Positions 61,945 to 64,000 of a stretch of DNA of 64,000 bases are shown here, one piece after another (positions within the stretch are counted from its first letter, which is position 1; each line of letters begins with the position of its first letter). A program made the position numbers and the translations under genes. Location of the stretch: the NCBI RefSeq assembly GCF_009914755.1, contig NC_060933.1; one strand, 5' to 3'. The notes under the pieces were generated by a model. The model was not told the DNA's origin and searched no databases. It saw only the letters and a list, made by a program, of their open reading frames with translations. The stretch is from the human T2T-CHM13v2.0 reference genome, Homo sapiens.

Positions 61945-62220
61945 GGTGATGATAGTGATGGTGATGGTGATGATGGTGGTGATGATGGTGATGATGATGG
62001 TGGTGGTGGTGGTGGTGGCAATGATGGTGATGATGGTGGTGATCATGGTGATAATAGTTATGATGATAGGTGATGATGGTGGTGATGATGATGGTGGCAA
62101 TAATGGCAAGGATGATGGTGGTGATGATGATGGTGGCAATAATGGCAAGGATGATGGTGGTGATGATGATGATGGGAATGATGGTTGTGATTATCATAGT
62201 AATGGTGGTGAAGATGATTT
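61945..62220. repeat. (GAT/GGT)n trinucleotide low-complexity tract
   Basis: Visible triplet repeats with an internal 39-bp duplication. Confidence 0.97.
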
Positions 62221-63187
62221 TGACTTCACATCCAGATAATGGGTCCAGAGCTAACTATTTTTGAGAAAAAAAGGATTTTGAAAATTTACTGACTATATCA
62301 AGAGATAAATTTGGTGGAGTAGATCACAAAGATCCATGTATGAGAGGTTCCAACTAGGAAGAAGAAGAGGGCAAGGCCCTCCTTCTGGCACGTTGTGGGA
62401 AGAAGAAAAGAGACAGAGGCAAATGGATGAGTTTGAGCACAAATGGAACATCAACTGTGAAAGATACGTAGCAAGTATGACAAAATTTATGAAGTTTGGG
62501 TTGTGAGTGTATGGATGTCCATTATAGTTCAGTGTGTTTTAAATATTTTCTCATTTACAAGTAGATCACATAAAAGCAAGTCCTGTCTGCAAAATCACTA
62601 TATTTATTCAATATATTCAAGAAGGCCATATCTCATATTCATAATTTTGAAGATCTCATTATCACTGTACTTGCAGCTCAATTCTGTTGCAGTAAAATGA
62701 GGACAAGTGGGTGAGCAGCTAGGAGAAATGAAGGCAGGCCTAATTGATAGTTCAGTATCTGTTTGCCAAAGAATTTTGAACCTGAACTTTGTAACTCCCA
62801 ACGTTGTTCAAGCATAGTTTGCATGGGCTGGAAGTGACAAGGAGTTGAATATAGAGCTTTGACCACAACTGCTGAGGCTGGATGCTCAGTTTTGGCCATG
62901 TCCACAGAAAAGGGGAGCCATGTGATGTGCTTTGATGGGGTCCAGGTACCCAACTTTTGAGGTAAAATCTCTACGAGATGAAAGCTGATCAGTATTCATA
63001 GCAAACAACTGGAGTCTACAGAACATGGTTGGGGGCAAAGGCAATTTGGAAATCTCTATATGGCTAATGGGGGTCTGCTCAAGCACTCTTTTGGTAATTT
63101 GTGTGTAGCTAAAAAAAAATCCATATTGATTATTTAGTTGCCAAAACCTCAACACACAGAATTGGCACAGATGAAGAGGGAAAGGTA

Positions 63188-63330
63188 CATGCATTTGTGT
63201 GGGTATATGGGTGTGTGTGCATGCATGCATATGCATATATATGTGTGTATATTGGTATGTGGGTATGGTATGTGGTATGTGCCTGTGTGTTTGGGGTGTG
63301 TGTGATGCATATGGTATGTGCATGTGTGTG
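63188..63330. repeat. TG/TATG low-complexity tract
   Basis: Visible in sequence. Confidence 0.85.
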
Positions 63331-63884
63331 AGCACACCCACAGGCAACTGTGCAGATTGAGAAGTCATTTCCCTTCTTGTACCCTGCCCAGTGGTTTGGA
63401 CATAAACCCCAGTCTCCCTACTGTTTACACCTCACCTTTCCAGTTAGGAAAATTCCAATGTGAGTGGCAATCAGAGAGTTAGGAAACATGAAGCTGAGTT
63501 TTCTGTCATGGATTTGGCTATAGTTAAAAATGATCACAAGGTGATTGGAGATTTTTTTTTTCTTGGTAGTTTCCATTTGAGGTTAAGTAAATACAGGTAT
63601 TTGGATTGGACTGGATTTTGTTTTAGGCTCAGCAATTTAGGTGAGATAAGAATCAGGGGTTACTTCTGTAATGAGGAGAAAAGAAAAGACACCAATTTGT
63701 AGGGGTCTGTGGCCCCTGTTATCACCATCCCCACTACAAGGGTGGGTGCAAGGCAGGTGGTGGGATAGGGAGAGTGAGAAAAGAAAGATTTCTGGGTCAG
63801 ATGGCTGGCCTTACTGTTTAATTTTTTTCCGATAGAATCCAGGGAATGTTGGAACAGAACAATGGGGAAAAATCCCCAAATAAC

Positions 63885-63960
63885 ACAAAACAAAACAAAA
63901 CAAAACAAAACAAAACAACCAAAACGCCAACCTCAAACAAAAACAGAAAAGTTAAAAAAC
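63885..63960. repeat. (CAAAA)n microsatellite
   Basis: Visible in sequence. Confidence 0.9.
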
Positions 63961-64000
63961 CAAGGAGGGAGGAGGGAGAAACAGGGGCCTGTGTAAGCTG

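Noticed and set aside
61913-62264. Poly-His and Asp-Gly ORFs
   Set aside because: Trinucleotide low-complexity sequence, open in several frames on both strands.

Overview
Hominid genomic DNA, most likely human (it contains an SVA, AluY, LTR12 and MER41). It appears intergenic or intronic. I can support no intact protein-coding gene, rRNA, tRNA or CRISPR array. Every long ORF in the track falls in a simple repeat, VNTR, Alu, SVA or decayed L1 ORF2. A large share of the window is transposon-derived: many Alus, nested and inverted L1 fragments, a full-length SVA, ERVL/MaLR solo LTRs, hAT DNA transposons, a solo LTR12C and a ~5.7 kb MER41A ERV. The most notable observations are three. (1) The MER41A element has the architecture of an ERV mRNA (R-U5-PBS-internal-PPT-U3-R-polyA) rather than a provirus, suggesting an L1-mobilised processed retrocopy. 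(2) The SVA carries a 24-nt 5' transduction inside its TSD that may contain its parent's TSD. (3) An antisense LTR12C with intact promoter motifs but a mutated polyA signal points at candidate exons. Subfamily labels come from remembered consensus features, not from alignment, and boundaries of old repeats are approximate. I see no convincing evidence of a wholly new biological system.
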